Assembly (NCBI GenBank): GCA_963792585.1
Contig: CAWBWI010000003.1
Span: 224,001 to 288,000 of the forward strand
Origin: Candidatus Eiseniibacteriota bacterium
GTDB lineage: Bacteria; Eisenbacteria; RBG-16-71-46; CAIMUX01; VGJL01
Direction: 5' to 3'
Length of the DNA stretch: 64,000 bases
Shown: positions 10,252-19,618 of the stretch, piece by piece
How positions within the stretch are numbered: the first letter of the stretch is position 1
How the letters are laid out: every line of letters begins with the position of its first letter
Made by a program: the position numbers and the translations under genes
Notes under the pieces: model-generated
The model's database searches: none
The model's input: the letters and a program-made list of their open reading frames with translations, nothing else
Told to the model about the DNA's origin: nothing

Positions 10252-11361
10252 ATGATCAAACAGCCATACAACGACTCGTGCCGTCTCTTCAACGGCTACC
10301 GTCCCTGCTTTCCACGGTATTTCTGCGAGGGGTGCACGGAAGCTCAGCCGTTCGATCGCACGATCCTGCTCATCAATCTCGATGCGATGGGCGACGTCCT
10401 GATGACGACCTGCGCCCTTCCGCCCCTGCGCCGGCTCTACCCTCAAGCGCTGCTCACATGGCTTACCATGCCCGTTCATGCGCCGTTGCTCGCGAACAAT
10501 CCGATGATCGACCGTGTCTGGGCTTTCGACCCCCCGACCCTGACCACACTTGCCGCGATGGAATTCGATCTGATCCTGAATGTCGACAAGGGGCGCCCGA
10601 GCTGCGCCCTCGCCACCACGCTGCGCGCGAAGGAGCGACGGGGGTTCGGCCTTGGTCCAACCGGCGTCGTCGTCCCCCTGAACCCGGAGGCAGCGTACCT
10701 CTATCGTCTCGGACTCGATGATCATCTCAAATTCGTCGTGAACGATAGGACCGGCCAGGATCTCCTTGCCGAATCCCTGGCCTTCCCGTACGCACGCGAC
10801 CCCTACATACTCAACCTTACCGAAGAGGAACGCCTCTTCGTCTCGGACTACCGGATCCACATCGGTGGTCACCGCACGGTCGGCATCCAAACCGGCGCCA
10901 GCGACCTCTATCCATTGAAGAGCTTCACCGAAGATCAGGTCGTCGATTTGATCGGTCGGATCCAGACCACCCACAGTGAGGCCAGGATCCTTCTTCTCGG
11001 CGGACCGGCAGAGACGGAACGCAACGCGCGCATCGCCCGTCGCGCCGGCCACGTTGCCGTCGAGACTCCGACTACGGAAGGGCTGCGTCGAGGGATCCTC
11101 TACATTGATGCCTGCGACGTGGTGGTCAGTCCCGACTCAGGCGCCTTGCACATTGCGATCGCTCTCGGCAAGTGGGTTGTTGGTTGGTTCAACATTTCCT
11201 GTCCGCAGGAGATCGACATGTTCGACCGAGGCGTGAAGGTGATGACACCGCTCGCTTGTAGCCCCTGTTGGCGCCGGGAGTGCCCCGACCCGATCTGCGG
11301 GCCGATGGCTGACCTGGAGGCGATCGTCGCCGGCGTGAGCACGGGCTTGGATCGTATCTGA
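10252..11361 (+). CDS. Glycosyltransferase family 9 with Cys-rich N- and C-termini
   Basis: DAMGDVLM, DSGALHIA, CSPCWRREC. Confidence 0.88.
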   Translation: MIKQPYNDSCRLFNGYRPCFPRYFCEGCTEAQPFDRTILLINLDAMGDVLMTTCALPPLRRLYPQALLTWLTMPVHAPLLANNPMIDRVWAFDPPTLTTLAAMEFDLILNVDKGRPSCALATTLRAKERRGFGLGPTGVVVPLNPEAAYLYRLGLDDHLKFVVNDRTGQDLLAESLAFPYARDPYILNLTEEERLFVSDYRIHIGGHRTVGIQTGASDLYPLKSFTEDQVVDLIGRIQTTHSEARILLLGGPAETERNARIARRAGHVAVETPTTEGLRRGILYIDACDVVVSPDSGALHIAIALGKWVVGWFNISCPQEIDMFDRGVKVMTPLACSPCWRRECPDPICGPMADLEAIVAGVSTGLDRI

Positions 11362-11450
11362 CGACCCCTTCGGAACCTTGCGGGGACCACTCGACGGATA
11401 GCGCTCGATGCCGTCGTCCGCGCGCATCCCCACCGCGCAACACCCGGCTT

Positions 11451-12434
11451 TCATCCCTGAACGAAACCAGTCCATTGCCTCCAGAGCGCATCCTGGGCCT
11501 CGCGAATCTCACCCGCGAGTCCTTCTCCCGCGACGACCGCCTTGTGACGTGGATCCCCCGGTGGATGCCACGATGCCGGACCCGTGGAAACGAAAACGGT
11601 GACCGTCTGAACCCCGATGGCGGCGGCCAGGTGCTTCGGCCCACCGTCATTCGCAACGAGGACGCGGGATCGTTCGATCAATGCCGCCAGAATGCGCAAA
11701 GACGGCGTCCGATCCAGCCGCGGCACTCGGAAGGGGAGGATCCGGCGGACCTCGTCCTCCTGCTCCTCCTCACCGGGACCACGAAGGAGGAGAATCTCCG
11801 CGTGGAGTTCTTCGTGGGCCCAGAGCGCCAGGCTCGCGAACCCTTCGGGTGACCAGCGTTTCGATCCCTTGCGGGAGGTCGGCGCGACTGCGAGCAAGGG
11901 CGCGCCGGACGGGAACCCCGCCCTCTCGAGCAGCCCCGCGGCGTCGCGCCGCTCCTCCGCTGTGAGGAAGAGCTCGGTCTCGAAACCCCTGGCTGCGATC
12001 CCTATCGCTCTCAGCAGGTCGAGCCTGCGGTCTACCGTGTACTTACTTCGGTCGGGAGTCTCGGCGATGTTGTACACCCACCGACGCGGTAGGCGGACGC
12101 GGAAGCCTACTCGGACCGGCGCGCCGCTGAGCCATGTGATGACACAACTCCGGGGCGTCCCCGAGAGGTCGACGACGACTCCGGGGTGTTCCTGTCGCAG
12201 TGCAGTCCGGAGCCTGCTCCAGTCCGCGAGTCCCATCGATGGTGGGATCGTCAGGATTGCGTCGCAATTCGGATTTCCATGCAGTAGCGGGCCGTTCGAC
12301 GCCTCGGTAAGGAATGCGATCCGGCGCTCCGGCCAGTCGGCGCGTAGTGCGCGGAGGAGCGGCGTGCAGAGCAGCACATCTCCGACCCGCTTCTGCTGGA
12401 CGACGAGGACGCGCGCACTCGCTTCCGATGCCAT
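11451..12434 (-). CDS. Glycosyltransferase family 9
   Basis: 3' part of ORF 11451..13934 starting MASEAS; KRVGDVLL, KRWS, NDGGPKHLA. Confidence 0.88.
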   Translation of the reverse strand: MASEASARVLVVQQKRVGDVLLCTPLLRALRADWPERRIAFLTEASNGPLLHGNPNCDAILTIPPSMGLADWSRLRTALRQEHPGVVVDLSGTPRSCVITWLSGAPVRVGFRVRLPRRWVYNIAETPDRSKYTVDRRLDLLRAIGIAARGFETELFLTAEERRDAAGLLERAGFPSGAPLLAVAPTSRKGSKRWSPEGFASLALWAHEELHAEILLLRGPGEEEQEDEVRRILPFRVPRLDRTPSLRILAALIERSRVLVANDGGPKHLAAAIGVQTVTVFVSTGPASWHPPGDPRHKAVVAGEGLAGEIREAQDALWRQWTGFVQG

Positions 12435-12442
12435 GCGATCGC

Positions 12443-13891
12443 CTAGCCCTTGATCACGCCGATTGGGCGCAGTCGGGCGACCTTGACGCTGATCCCCGAT
12501 CGCTCCATGACGTCGACCACCCTGCCGACCTCCTTGTAAGCTCCCCGCATCTCCTCGGCGAGTGTCCCGCGCCCTTTCGCCATGACGGTGATTCCGTCTT
12601 CGGCCAGCTCGCGCACAAGGTCCCGTTTTCCGAATCGAGCCTTTGCCGCGGTGCGCGACAACATCCGCCCGGCCCCGTGACAGGTCGACCCGAATGTCTC
12701 CACCAGCGATCGCTCGGTCCCGAGGCACAGGTAGCTCTCGGTCGCCATGTCCCCGGGGACGATCACCGGCTGCCCGCAGTCCCACGGCGGGTCCTGGCCG
12801 CGCGGCACGTGTGCACGCGTGGCACCCTTGCGGTGGACACAGAGCCGGCGGGAACGTCCATCCACTTCGTGGGTCTCGAACTTCGCGACATTGTGGCAAA
12901 CATCGTAGATCAGACGCAGGCCAACGTCGCGGGGAGAGCGCTCCATTCCCTCGATCAACGACCTCTCGGCAAGGTGCATGATCGTCTGCCGATTCGCCCA
13001 GGCGAAGTTCGCCGCGCAGGCCATCGCGGACAGGTACGCACGCCCCTCCTCGGAATCGAGGGGTGCGCAGGCAAGCTGGCGATCGGGGAGGCGGATGTCG
13101 TAGCGCTGCATCGCCCGCCCCATGATGCGCAGGTAGTCGTCGCAAACCTGATAGCCGAACCCGCGCGATCCGGTGTGAATCAAGATCGCGATTCGTCCCT
13201 CCTCGATTCCGAACTCCCGCGCCGCCGTGGGATGGTAGATCCGGTCGATCACATCGATTTCTGCGAAGTGGTTCCCAGACCCAAGGGTGCCTATTTGCTC
13301 CACTCCCCGCTCGTGCGCACGTTCGCTCACGAGCGAGGGATCGGCGCCGGCGAGACAGCCATGCTCTTCGATGTACTCGAGTTGTCCTTTGTGCCCATAT
13401 CCTTGCTCGATCGCCCAGGCGGCTCCCTTGACCATCACCCGATCCAGTTCCTTCTTCGATACCCGCGGGATCGCCCCCTCCGAACCAACGCCGCACGGGA
13501 TATTCGAGAAGAAGCGGGAAACGACCTGCTCGATTCGGGGCCGCACCTCCTCCACCGAGAGCGCCGTGGCGCACAGACGCACGCCACAATTGATGTCGTA
13601 CCCCACGCCACCGGGCGAGATGACGCCACCCAGTTCGGGGTCGGTCGCCGCGACCCCACCGATTGGGAAACCGTAGCCCCAGTGAATGTCCGGCATCGCC
13701 AGGGAGTAACCGACAATTCCTGGAAGGTGCGCGACGTTCTTGACCTGTGTGAGGCCCCCCTCGCCGCGGATCGAGGCCAACAGCATTTCGTCCGCATAGA
13801 TGCGCCCGGGCACACGCATCCCCCCGCTCCTCGGAATCTCGAAGAGCGTGTCGTGCACCTTTCGCAGCTCGATCGACTCGTCCTTGTTCAT
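12443..13891 (-). CDS. rtcB: RNA-splicing/repair ligase RtcB (archaeal/eukaryote-like long form)
   Basis: MPDIHWGYGFPIGG, GYDINCG, GTLGSGNHF, HTGSRG, HRKGAT, CHGAGR, AYK motifs. Confidence 0.97.
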   Translation of the reverse strand: MNKDESIELRKVHDTLFEIPRSGGMRVPGRIYADEMLLASIRGEGGLTQVKNVAHLPGIVGYSLAMPDIHWGYGFPIGGVAATDPELGGVISPGGVGYDINCGVRLCATALSVEEVRPRIEQVVSRFFSNIPCGVGSEGAIPRVSKKELDRVMVKGAAWAIEQGYGHKGQLEYIEEHGCLAGADPSLVSERAHERGVEQIGTLGSGNHFAEIDVIDRIYHPTAAREFGIEEGRIAILIHTGSRGFGYQVCDDYLRIMGRAMQRYDIRLPDRQLACAPLDSEEGRAYLSAMACAANFAWANRQTIMHLAERSLIEGMERSPRDVGLRLIYDVCHNVAKFETHEVDGRSRRLCVHRKGATRAHVPRGQDPPWDCGQPVIVPGDMATESYLCLGTERSLVETFGSTCHGAGRMLSRTAAKARFGKRDLVRELAEDGITVMAKGRGTLAEEMRGAYKEVGRVVDVMERSGISVKVARLRPIGVIKG

Positions 13892-13903
13892 TCTCCCGTC
13901 CTG

Positions 13904-14359
13904 CTAGATGTCGAAGATGACCGTTGTCGACCACCGGTGCGATCCGTCAGTCTCCTGTTCCCTTCGTACAGCAAGATCGTGGTAGGTCGCCGCCTTGATG
14001 TCCATCCGCACCTCATGGCGCGTTCGGTCGAGCGACTCCCCCTCGATCCGGGCGCGCACCCTGCGCGGGGTTACCTCCTGAATCTCGATGCGGGCGGGCA
14101 CGAACCGTTTCACCTCGAACCTGTAGAGGATCTCCTGCAGCCAGGCGATGAGGGTTTCTTCCAAGTCGGCCCCATCGACGGCAACTTCCTCGGTCCGCCC
14201 CGGCCGAACCTTCGCGGGATCGGTCAAGAGGGAGACCATCCCCAGCGCAGCTTGGTCGAAGAGCCCTTCCAGCGTAGGGGCCCAGATCCGCAGTCCGACA
14301 TCCGCCGTGTGTTCGACGATCGCGAATCCGGCGGGGTCCTTCGGTCCGGTTCCGTTCAT
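13904..14359 (-). CDS. Archease (RtcB activator)
   Basis: EHTADVG at N-terminus, IKAATYH and IFDI at C-terminus; adjacent to rtcB. Confidence 0.95.
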   Translation of the reverse strand: MNGTGPKDPAGFAIVEHTADVGLRIWAPTLEGLFDQAALGMVSLLTDPAKVRPGRTEEVAVDGADLEETLIAWLQEILYRFEVKRFVPARIEIQEVTPRRVRARIEGESLDRTRHEVRMDIKAATYHDLAVRREQETDGSHRWSTTVIFDI

Positions 14360-14385
14360 TCGGAAGGAGATGCTACCATGAAGCC

Positions 14386-15318
14386 ATGGATCCTCTCGAA
14401 GCCTACTCGGCCGCCGTTACCCGCGCCGTGGAAACCGCGGGCCCCGCCGTTGTGCGGATCGACGTCGCCCACAGGGGTGCGCGGACCCACGGCGAGGGGT
14501 TGGGGAGCGGTGTGATCGTGCGACCCAACGGCATCATCGTGACCAACGAGCATGTCGTTCACGGGGCGACGAGGATTCGGGTCGGCCTCAGCGACGGGCG
14601 CAACATGACCGGGGCTATCCTGGGTCGTGACGGCCGCCATGACCTTGCGGTCGTTCAGGTCGAGGGTGGTGGTCTGCCTACGGCGCAGTTCGGCGATTCG
14701 CGGGCGTTGAGGGTCGGCGAGCTTGTCGTTGCGCTGGGGAATCCACTGGGATTGAAGCTCACCGCCACCGCCGGGGTGGTTTCCGCGTTGGGTCGCTCAC
14801 TGCGGCTGGGCCGCACCCGCCTCCTCGAGGAAATGATCCAGACCGATGCGTCGATCAACCCGGGCAACTCCGGGGGGCCCCTCGTCGACGTCCATGGTTG
14901 CGTGGTCGGGATCAACACGGCGATTATCGCGGGGGCGCAGGGGCTTGGTTTTGCCGTCGCCAGCCACGTCGTTTCCGAAGCGGTCGCCGACATCGTGGAC
15001 CGCGGCATCCGCGCCGACGTCTGGCTCGGCCTCGGAGGGGAACCGGCGCAAATCGACTCCCTTCTCGCCTCGCGCCTCGAGATCCGGCAGAAGGTCGGCC
15101 TGATGGTTCTGAGCGTCGCGCCGGGAAGTCCAGCCGAGCGGTCCGGAATTCAGATGATCGACGTGCTGTGCACTGTTGACGGGAAGCCCGTAGCCTCGAT
15201 GGAACAACTGCGTATGGTCCTTCGCACGCATGCTCCGGGAGATGCCATCATGGTGACACTCCTTCGAAGAGACACCGCCCGGGACATCCCCATCACCCTT
15301 GCGGGCTACCCTGATTGA
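14386..15318 (+). CDS. HtrA/DegS-like trypsin serine protease with one PDZ domain; no obvious signal peptide
   Basis: GSGVI, TNEHVV, DLAVV, IQTDASINPGNSGG, C-terminal PDZ. Confidence 0.92.
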   Translation: MDPLEAYSAAVTRAVETAGPAVVRIDVAHRGARTHGEGLGSGVIVRPNGIIVTNEHVVHGATRIRVGLSDGRNMTGAILGRDGRHDLAVVQVEGGGLPTAQFGDSRALRVGELVVALGNPLGLKLTATAGVVSALGRSLRLGRTRLLEEMIQTDASINPGNSGGPLVDVHGCVVGINTAIIAGAQGLGFAVASHVVSEAVADIVDRGIRADVWLGLGGEPAQIDSLLASRLEIRQKVGLMVLSVAPGSPAERSGIQMIDVLCTVDGKPVASMEQLRMVLRTHAPGDAIMVTLLRRDTARDIPITLAGYPD

Positions 15319-15324
15319 AGCGCC

Positions 15325-16572
15325 ATGCGTAAGTCCGCGTTGGCCGCCCACATCTTCCCGTTGATCGTGTCTATGCTCGTGATCACCCCTCCCACCCAGG
15401 CTGCGGGGGTGCGCAACCTGATCCTCTGTATCGGCGACGGAATGAGCGGCACCGCGATCACCGGTGGTCGCATCCTCGCGGGGCAACGCGCCGGGCTGTC
15501 GAATCCCGCCGAAGGGCACCTCTTCATCGACTCCTTCTCCGCCACAGCCTTCCTGGAGACCTACGCGTTGGACCATCTGGTCACCGATTCCGCGGCCGGG
15601 ATCACCGCACTCGTCACCGGAGAGAAGACGCAGGTCGGACGGCTTGGGATCGTCGCCCTCGAGGATGGGTCCGTCCGCACCCTTCGCACGATTCTCGAGA
15701 TGGCGGAGGAGCAGGGGCGCTCGACCGGGGTGGTCTCCACGACCCGGATCACCCACGCCACCCCGGCCGGCTGCTACTCCCATGAGCTCGATCGCGACGA
15801 GGAGTCTGCCATCGCCGTTCAGCTCCTCCCGGGCGACCCCAATTACAATCGCGCCCTCGGAAACGGTCTCGAAGTCGTGCTGGGCGGAGGCCGCCGCACT
15901 TTTCTCCCAAAGGGCAAGGAATGGCTCGACGAAGAGGGAGCGAGCGGGGGCCGGACCGATGGGCGCGATCTTCGCGCGGACTTTCGCAGGGCCGGCTACG
16001 CCTATGTATGGAATCGGGAAGAGCTGCTCCGGCTGGACGTTAGCCGGACGGATCGATTGCTGGGTCTTTTCGATTCCTCGCACATGGCCTACGACAGCGA
16101 GAGACCCCTCGACACAGGCGGCGAGCCGTCGCTCCGCGAGATGGCCGTGGTTGCGGTTCGGCTGCTCTCGAAGAACCCGAAGGGCTTCTTCCTCATGGTA
16201 GAGGGAGGGCGCATCGACCACGCCCTGCACGAGCGCCATGGTGTGCGCGCCTTCGAAGAGGTCATCGCCTTCGACGACGCAATTCGGGCAGTCGCGGCCC
16301 TGGTTGACCCGGAAGAAACCCTGTTGATCGTGACCGCAGATCATGCCCACGCCCTCTCCATGGTCGCGGATGCTCCGGACAGCCTCGGCCCGGAGGCGTT
16401 CGGGGGAGGGGGAAAGGTCCATTCGATCGATGCAGTCGCCCTCGGCGATCACGACGCTACGGATGTTCCATCATATGCTTGGGGCATAAAGCGTTACACG
16501 GAACGTCTGCACGGCACTCGGTCGAATACGGCGGTCTTCGAACTACTCCGGGACGCCTTGGCGGGGCACTAG
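15325..16572 (+). CDS. Alkaline phosphatase (PhoA family), secreted
   Basis: IGDGM, VTDSAA catalytic Ser, THATPA, VEGGRIDHALH, TADH. Confidence 0.92.
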   Translation: MRKSALAAHIFPLIVSMLVITPPTQAAGVRNLILCIGDGMSGTAITGGRILAGQRAGLSNPAEGHLFIDSFSATAFLETYALDHLVTDSAAGITALVTGEKTQVGRLGIVALEDGSVRTLRTILEMAEEQGRSTGVVSTTRITHATPAGCYSHELDRDEESAIAVQLLPGDPNYNRALGNGLEVVLGGGRRTFLPKGKEWLDEEGASGGRTDGRDLRADFRRAGYAYVWNREELLRLDVSRTDRLLGLFDSSHMAYDSERPLDTGGEPSLREMAVVAVRLLSKNPKGFFLMVEGGRIDHALHERHGVRAFEEVIAFDDAIRAVAALVDPEETLLIVTADHAHALSMVADAPDSLGPEAFGGGGKVHSIDAVALGDHDATDVPSYAWGIKRYTERLHGTRSNTAVFELLRDALAGH

Positions 16573-16658
16573 CCTCCAGGGGACGAACCCCGGGCACACA
16601 CGACGAAGTATCGTTTCCCCTTGAGCACCGCCAGGCCCCCTGCTAACCTGCCGATATG

Positions 16659-16676
16659 TAGTTCTCATGACAACTA
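16659..16676. promoter_or_regulatory. Palindromic operator-like site upstream of yceI-like gene
   Basis: TAGTTCTCATGACAACTA, 16 of 18 positions self-complementary, in an AT-rich intergenic stretch. Confidence 0.55.
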
Positions 16677-16705
16677 TGTGATTCCGAACATAGGAGGATT
16701 TCGCC

Positions 16706-17302
16706 ATGTCGCAGCGGATCCGGACCCTGGCCCTCGCGGGCCTGGCAGCCCTGACCTTCGCCCCGCCGACCCTTGCGGCGGACACTTGGGTGATCGACCC
16801 CGTGCATTCAAGCGTTGTCTTCAAGGTGAAGCACCTGGTCTCGATCGTCCCCGGCCGGTTCAAATCATTCAATGGGGAGTTCAGCTTCGATGAGAAGGTG
16901 ATCGAGAACTCATCCGTAAGCGTGACCATTGATGCCGCGAGCATCACGACCGACAACGAGAAGCGGGACGGCGACCTGAAGTCGCCGAACTTTTTCGACG
17001 TGGCGACCTACCCGACGGTCACGTACAAGAGCGCCAAGGTGAAGAAGATCGATGCGACCCACTTCGAGGTGATGGGCGATTTGACGATGCACGGTGTTAC
17101 CAGGCCGGTGACGTTGGCCGTCGAGTACTTCGGGATGAGTCCGGGTATGGGATACGGTCCCCGAGTCGGTTTTCACGCGACGGCGACGCTCAACCGGAAA
17201 GACTTTGGCATCAACTGGAACAAGACCCTCGACAATGGCGGTCTGCTCGTGAGCGAGAATGTCGACATCGATCTCGCGATCGAGGCTGGCCCGAAGCAGT
17301 AG
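16706..17302 (+). CDS. YceI family lipid/polyisoprenoid-binding protein
   Basis: Signal peptide, WVIDPVHSSVVFKVKH, RDGDLKSPNFFD, GDLTMHGVT, RKDFGI; AGGAGG SD. Confidence 0.93.
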   Translation: MSQRIRTLALAGLAALTFAPPTLAADTWVIDPVHSSVVFKVKHLVSIVPGRFKSFNGEFSFDEKVIENSSVSVTIDAASITTDNEKRDGDLKSPNFFDVATYPTVTYKSAKVKKIDATHFEVMGDLTMHGVTRPVTLAVEYFGMSPGMGYGPRVGFHATATLNRKDFGINWNKTLDNGGLLVSENVDIDLAIEAGPKQ

Positions 17303-17325
17303 TTCGGCTTCCGCTGCGAACATGA

Positions 17326-17362
17326 GCGCCCCCGGGGGTCCACGCCGGATCCTCGGGGGCGC
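17326..17362 (+). terminator. GC-rich hairpin downstream of yceI-like gene
   Basis: GCGCCCCCGGGGGTCC-N5-GGATCCTCGGGGGCGC, a 16-bp stem with two G-U pairs; no U tract. Confidence 0.45.
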
Positions 17363-17513
17363 CCCACCCTCCCGGAGGAGGGTTACCTCTTGGATGACTC
17401 AACGATCTACCTTTGGGTTACATCTTGGACGGCTTGATGCGGGGCGTTGCCCTTTTCGGCCGAATCGCTATCCTTGGATCCGGTCGCGAATGGACCCTAC
17501 GGAGGAGTGACCC

Positions 17514-17876
17514 GTGCCAAGTGAGCCTTCGACCCACCTGGAGACTTTCCCTAACCCGAATCCAGAACGGGACTACGAGATTTCTTTCGAGACGGCAGAA
17601 TTCACCTGTCTCTGCCCGCGGACAGGTCAGCCCGACTTCGCGACGATCCGGATCCGGTACATACCCGACCAGCTGTGTGTCGAGCTCAAGTCCTTGAAGC
17701 TCTACCTGTGGTCGTTCCGGGAACAAGGGGCTTTTCACGAAGCCGTCGTCAATCGGATCCTCAACGACTTGCTGGCGGCCCTCTCTCCGCGCCGGATGTC
17801 ACTCGAGGGAGACTTCATGATCCGCGGAGGGATCCACACCATCGTCCGGGCCTCCCACGAGAAGGAGACCCCCTAA
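17514..17876 (+). CDS. queF: NADPH-dependent preQ0 reductase (type I QueF)
   Basis: [42 protein letters not shown] before GTG. Confidence 0.96.
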   Translation: MPSEPSTHLETFPNPNPERDYEISFETAEFTCLCPRTGQPDFATIRIRYIPDQLCVELKSLKLYLWSFREQGAFHEAVVNRILNDLLAALSPRRMSLEGDFMIRGGIHTIVRASHEKETP

Positions 17877-17892
17877 CCCGAAGGAGCCAACC

Positions 17893-19542
17893 ATGCGCGC
17901 AATCGGGATCCCGACAACGGTCCTCTTGCTCCTTTGCCTCGCCGCAGCGGCCACGTGCGCAATCGCCGTCCAACCGACGCGCCTGCTCTGGAAAGCCGAC
18001 GGGGTCGAAAACGTGGTGGCGATCACGCCGATCGACGACCTGGACAGCGATGGCGTGTCCGACGTCGTCTTTGAGTCCTACGACGCTGGTCCCTCGGGGG
18101 TGGATCACCTCTTTGCGATCAGCGGGGCGTCGAGCGGAGTCGGATCGATCATCTGGTCCGCCCGTCCCCTCGGCGGACCATCGAATAGCGGAGGCTACGG
18201 TGAGTACTGCCTCCAGACGTCTCCCGACCTCAACGGCGACGGTCACCAGGACATCCTCTATGGCTCGGCCTGGGGCGGTCGATCCGCGTATGGCCTGGAT
18301 GCACTCACCGGCCAGCAGATCTGGAGATTCGACACCTACGCGAACTCACCCCCCAACCCACCAGAGTCGGGATGGATCTACGCGAACAGCTCCCTCGAAA
18401 GCGACATCACGGGAGATGGGGTCCCGGAGGCAGTCTTCTGCGCGGGGAGTTACAACTACGGTCTCTACTGCGCAAACGGAGCGACCGGAGCGATCCTCTG
18501 GTTCTTCCGCGGCCAGGATGCGCACCTGAACGTCTTTTCGATCGCCGATGTGGACGGCGACGGCATCCGCGATGTGATTGGACTTCAGTCCGAGAGCGCG
18601 CCGAGGGTTCGCTGCTTCAGCGGCCGCGGCGGCGTCGGCCAATCAGCCGTCATCCTCTGGACCCAGACTCTCTCGAACGCCCTGTGGAGCGGATGTGAGC
18701 TTCCGCAACAGGGGCAGCCGAACACGATCGTTGTAGGTTGTTGGGACAACAACATCCGTGGCTATAACGCTGCGACCGGCGCGCTCCGCTGGACCGGCCC
18801 GGTCGGCGATCCGGTCCAGAAGGTGGTTCCCATCCCCGACGTGGACGGAGACGGGGTGATGGACGTCGCGGTGGGGTCGTGGGACAACGCGGGACGGGTT
18901 CATAGCGGCGCGAACGGCGCGTTGATCTGGCGCTCGGTGGTCGGGACCCTGAACGGCGGCGATTGCTGGACCTGCGACTCCGTTGGAGACACGAACGGCG
19001 ACGGGATCGACGACGTTGCCGTCGGGTCATTCGACACCAAGGCGTATCTGATGGATGGTCGGACGGGCGCGGTTCTCTGGAGCTACACGGTCGGCGATCG
19101 GGTCTTCTCCGTTCGCGGCATTCCCGACGTGACCGGCAATGGAATCCCCGAGGTGGCCGTCGGTACCCAGATGTTGACGAATAGTCCGACCGGCGGGGAT
19201 TGCTGGCTCTTCGAAGGAAACGATTCCATCCTACCCGCAGGAGTCGAGGATCCCTCCCGTGGATTCCTCGTGCTGCGCGTCGAACCCAATCCGAGCCGGG
19301 AGGTCGCCTCATGGTCCTTCGCGCTGCCGCATCCCGCGGAGCGCGCGGTGCTCGAGCTCTTCGACCCGGCCGGCAGGCGCATCCGGACCCTCCGTGATGG
19401 TCCGGCTGGCTGTGTCGGACCTGCGACCGTGTGGGACGGTCTCGATGATGCGGGCCTTCCGGTGTCGGCCGGAGTCTATTGGGGCCGACTCACGGCCGAT
19501 GGCCGTGTCGTAGGAACCGCGAGGCTCGTGCGGATCCCCTGA
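17893..19542 (+). CDS. Secreted FG-GAP/PQQ-like beta-propeller protein with C-terminal FlgD-Ig/T9SS-like domain
   Basis: Signal peptide; repeated DxxGDGxxD loops and G.tGa.lW motifs; C-terminal PNPSR...FDPAGRRIRTL...WDGLDDAG.PV.AGVY. Confidence 0.85.
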   Translation: MRAIGIPTTVLLLLCLAAAATCAIAVQPTRLLWKADGVENVVAITPIDDLDSDGVSDVVFESYDAGPSGVDHLFAISGASSGVGSIIWSARPLGGPSNSGGYGEYCLQTSPDLNGDGHQDILYGSAWGGRSAYGLDALTGQQIWRFDTYANSPPNPPESGWIYANSSLESDITGDGVPEAVFCAGSYNYGLYCANGATGAILWFFRGQDAHLNVFSIADVDGDGIRDVIGLQSESAPRVRCFSGRGGVGQSAVILWTQTLSNALWSGCELPQQGQPNTIVVGCWDNNIRGYNAATGALRWTGPVGDPVQKVVPIPDVDGDGVMDVAVGSWDNAGRVHSGANGALIWRSVVGTLNGGDCWTCDSVGDTNGDGIDDVAVGSFDTKAYLMDGRTGAVLWSYTVGDRVFSVRGIPDVTGNGIPEVAVGTQMLTNSPTGGDCWLFEGNDSILPAGVEDPSRGFLVLRVEPNPSREVASWSFALPHPAERAVLELFDPAGRRIRTLRDGPAGCVGPATVWDGLDDAGLPVSAGVYWGRLTADGRVVGTARLVRIP

Positions 19543-19618
19543 CGATCCGGCCCCACGCGCCCTTGACTGCCCTATCCACCTGCCGGACACTGCCTGCAGT
19601 TGAACCGGCGAGGAAAGA

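Noticed and set aside
12314..14515. Long antisense or alternate-frame ORFs (e.g. 12314..14515 +, 14797..16452 -, 62561..63958 -, 5' part of 11451..13934)
   Set aside because: They overlap well-supported genes, carry no recognisable motifs, and are expected shadows in high-GC coding DNA.
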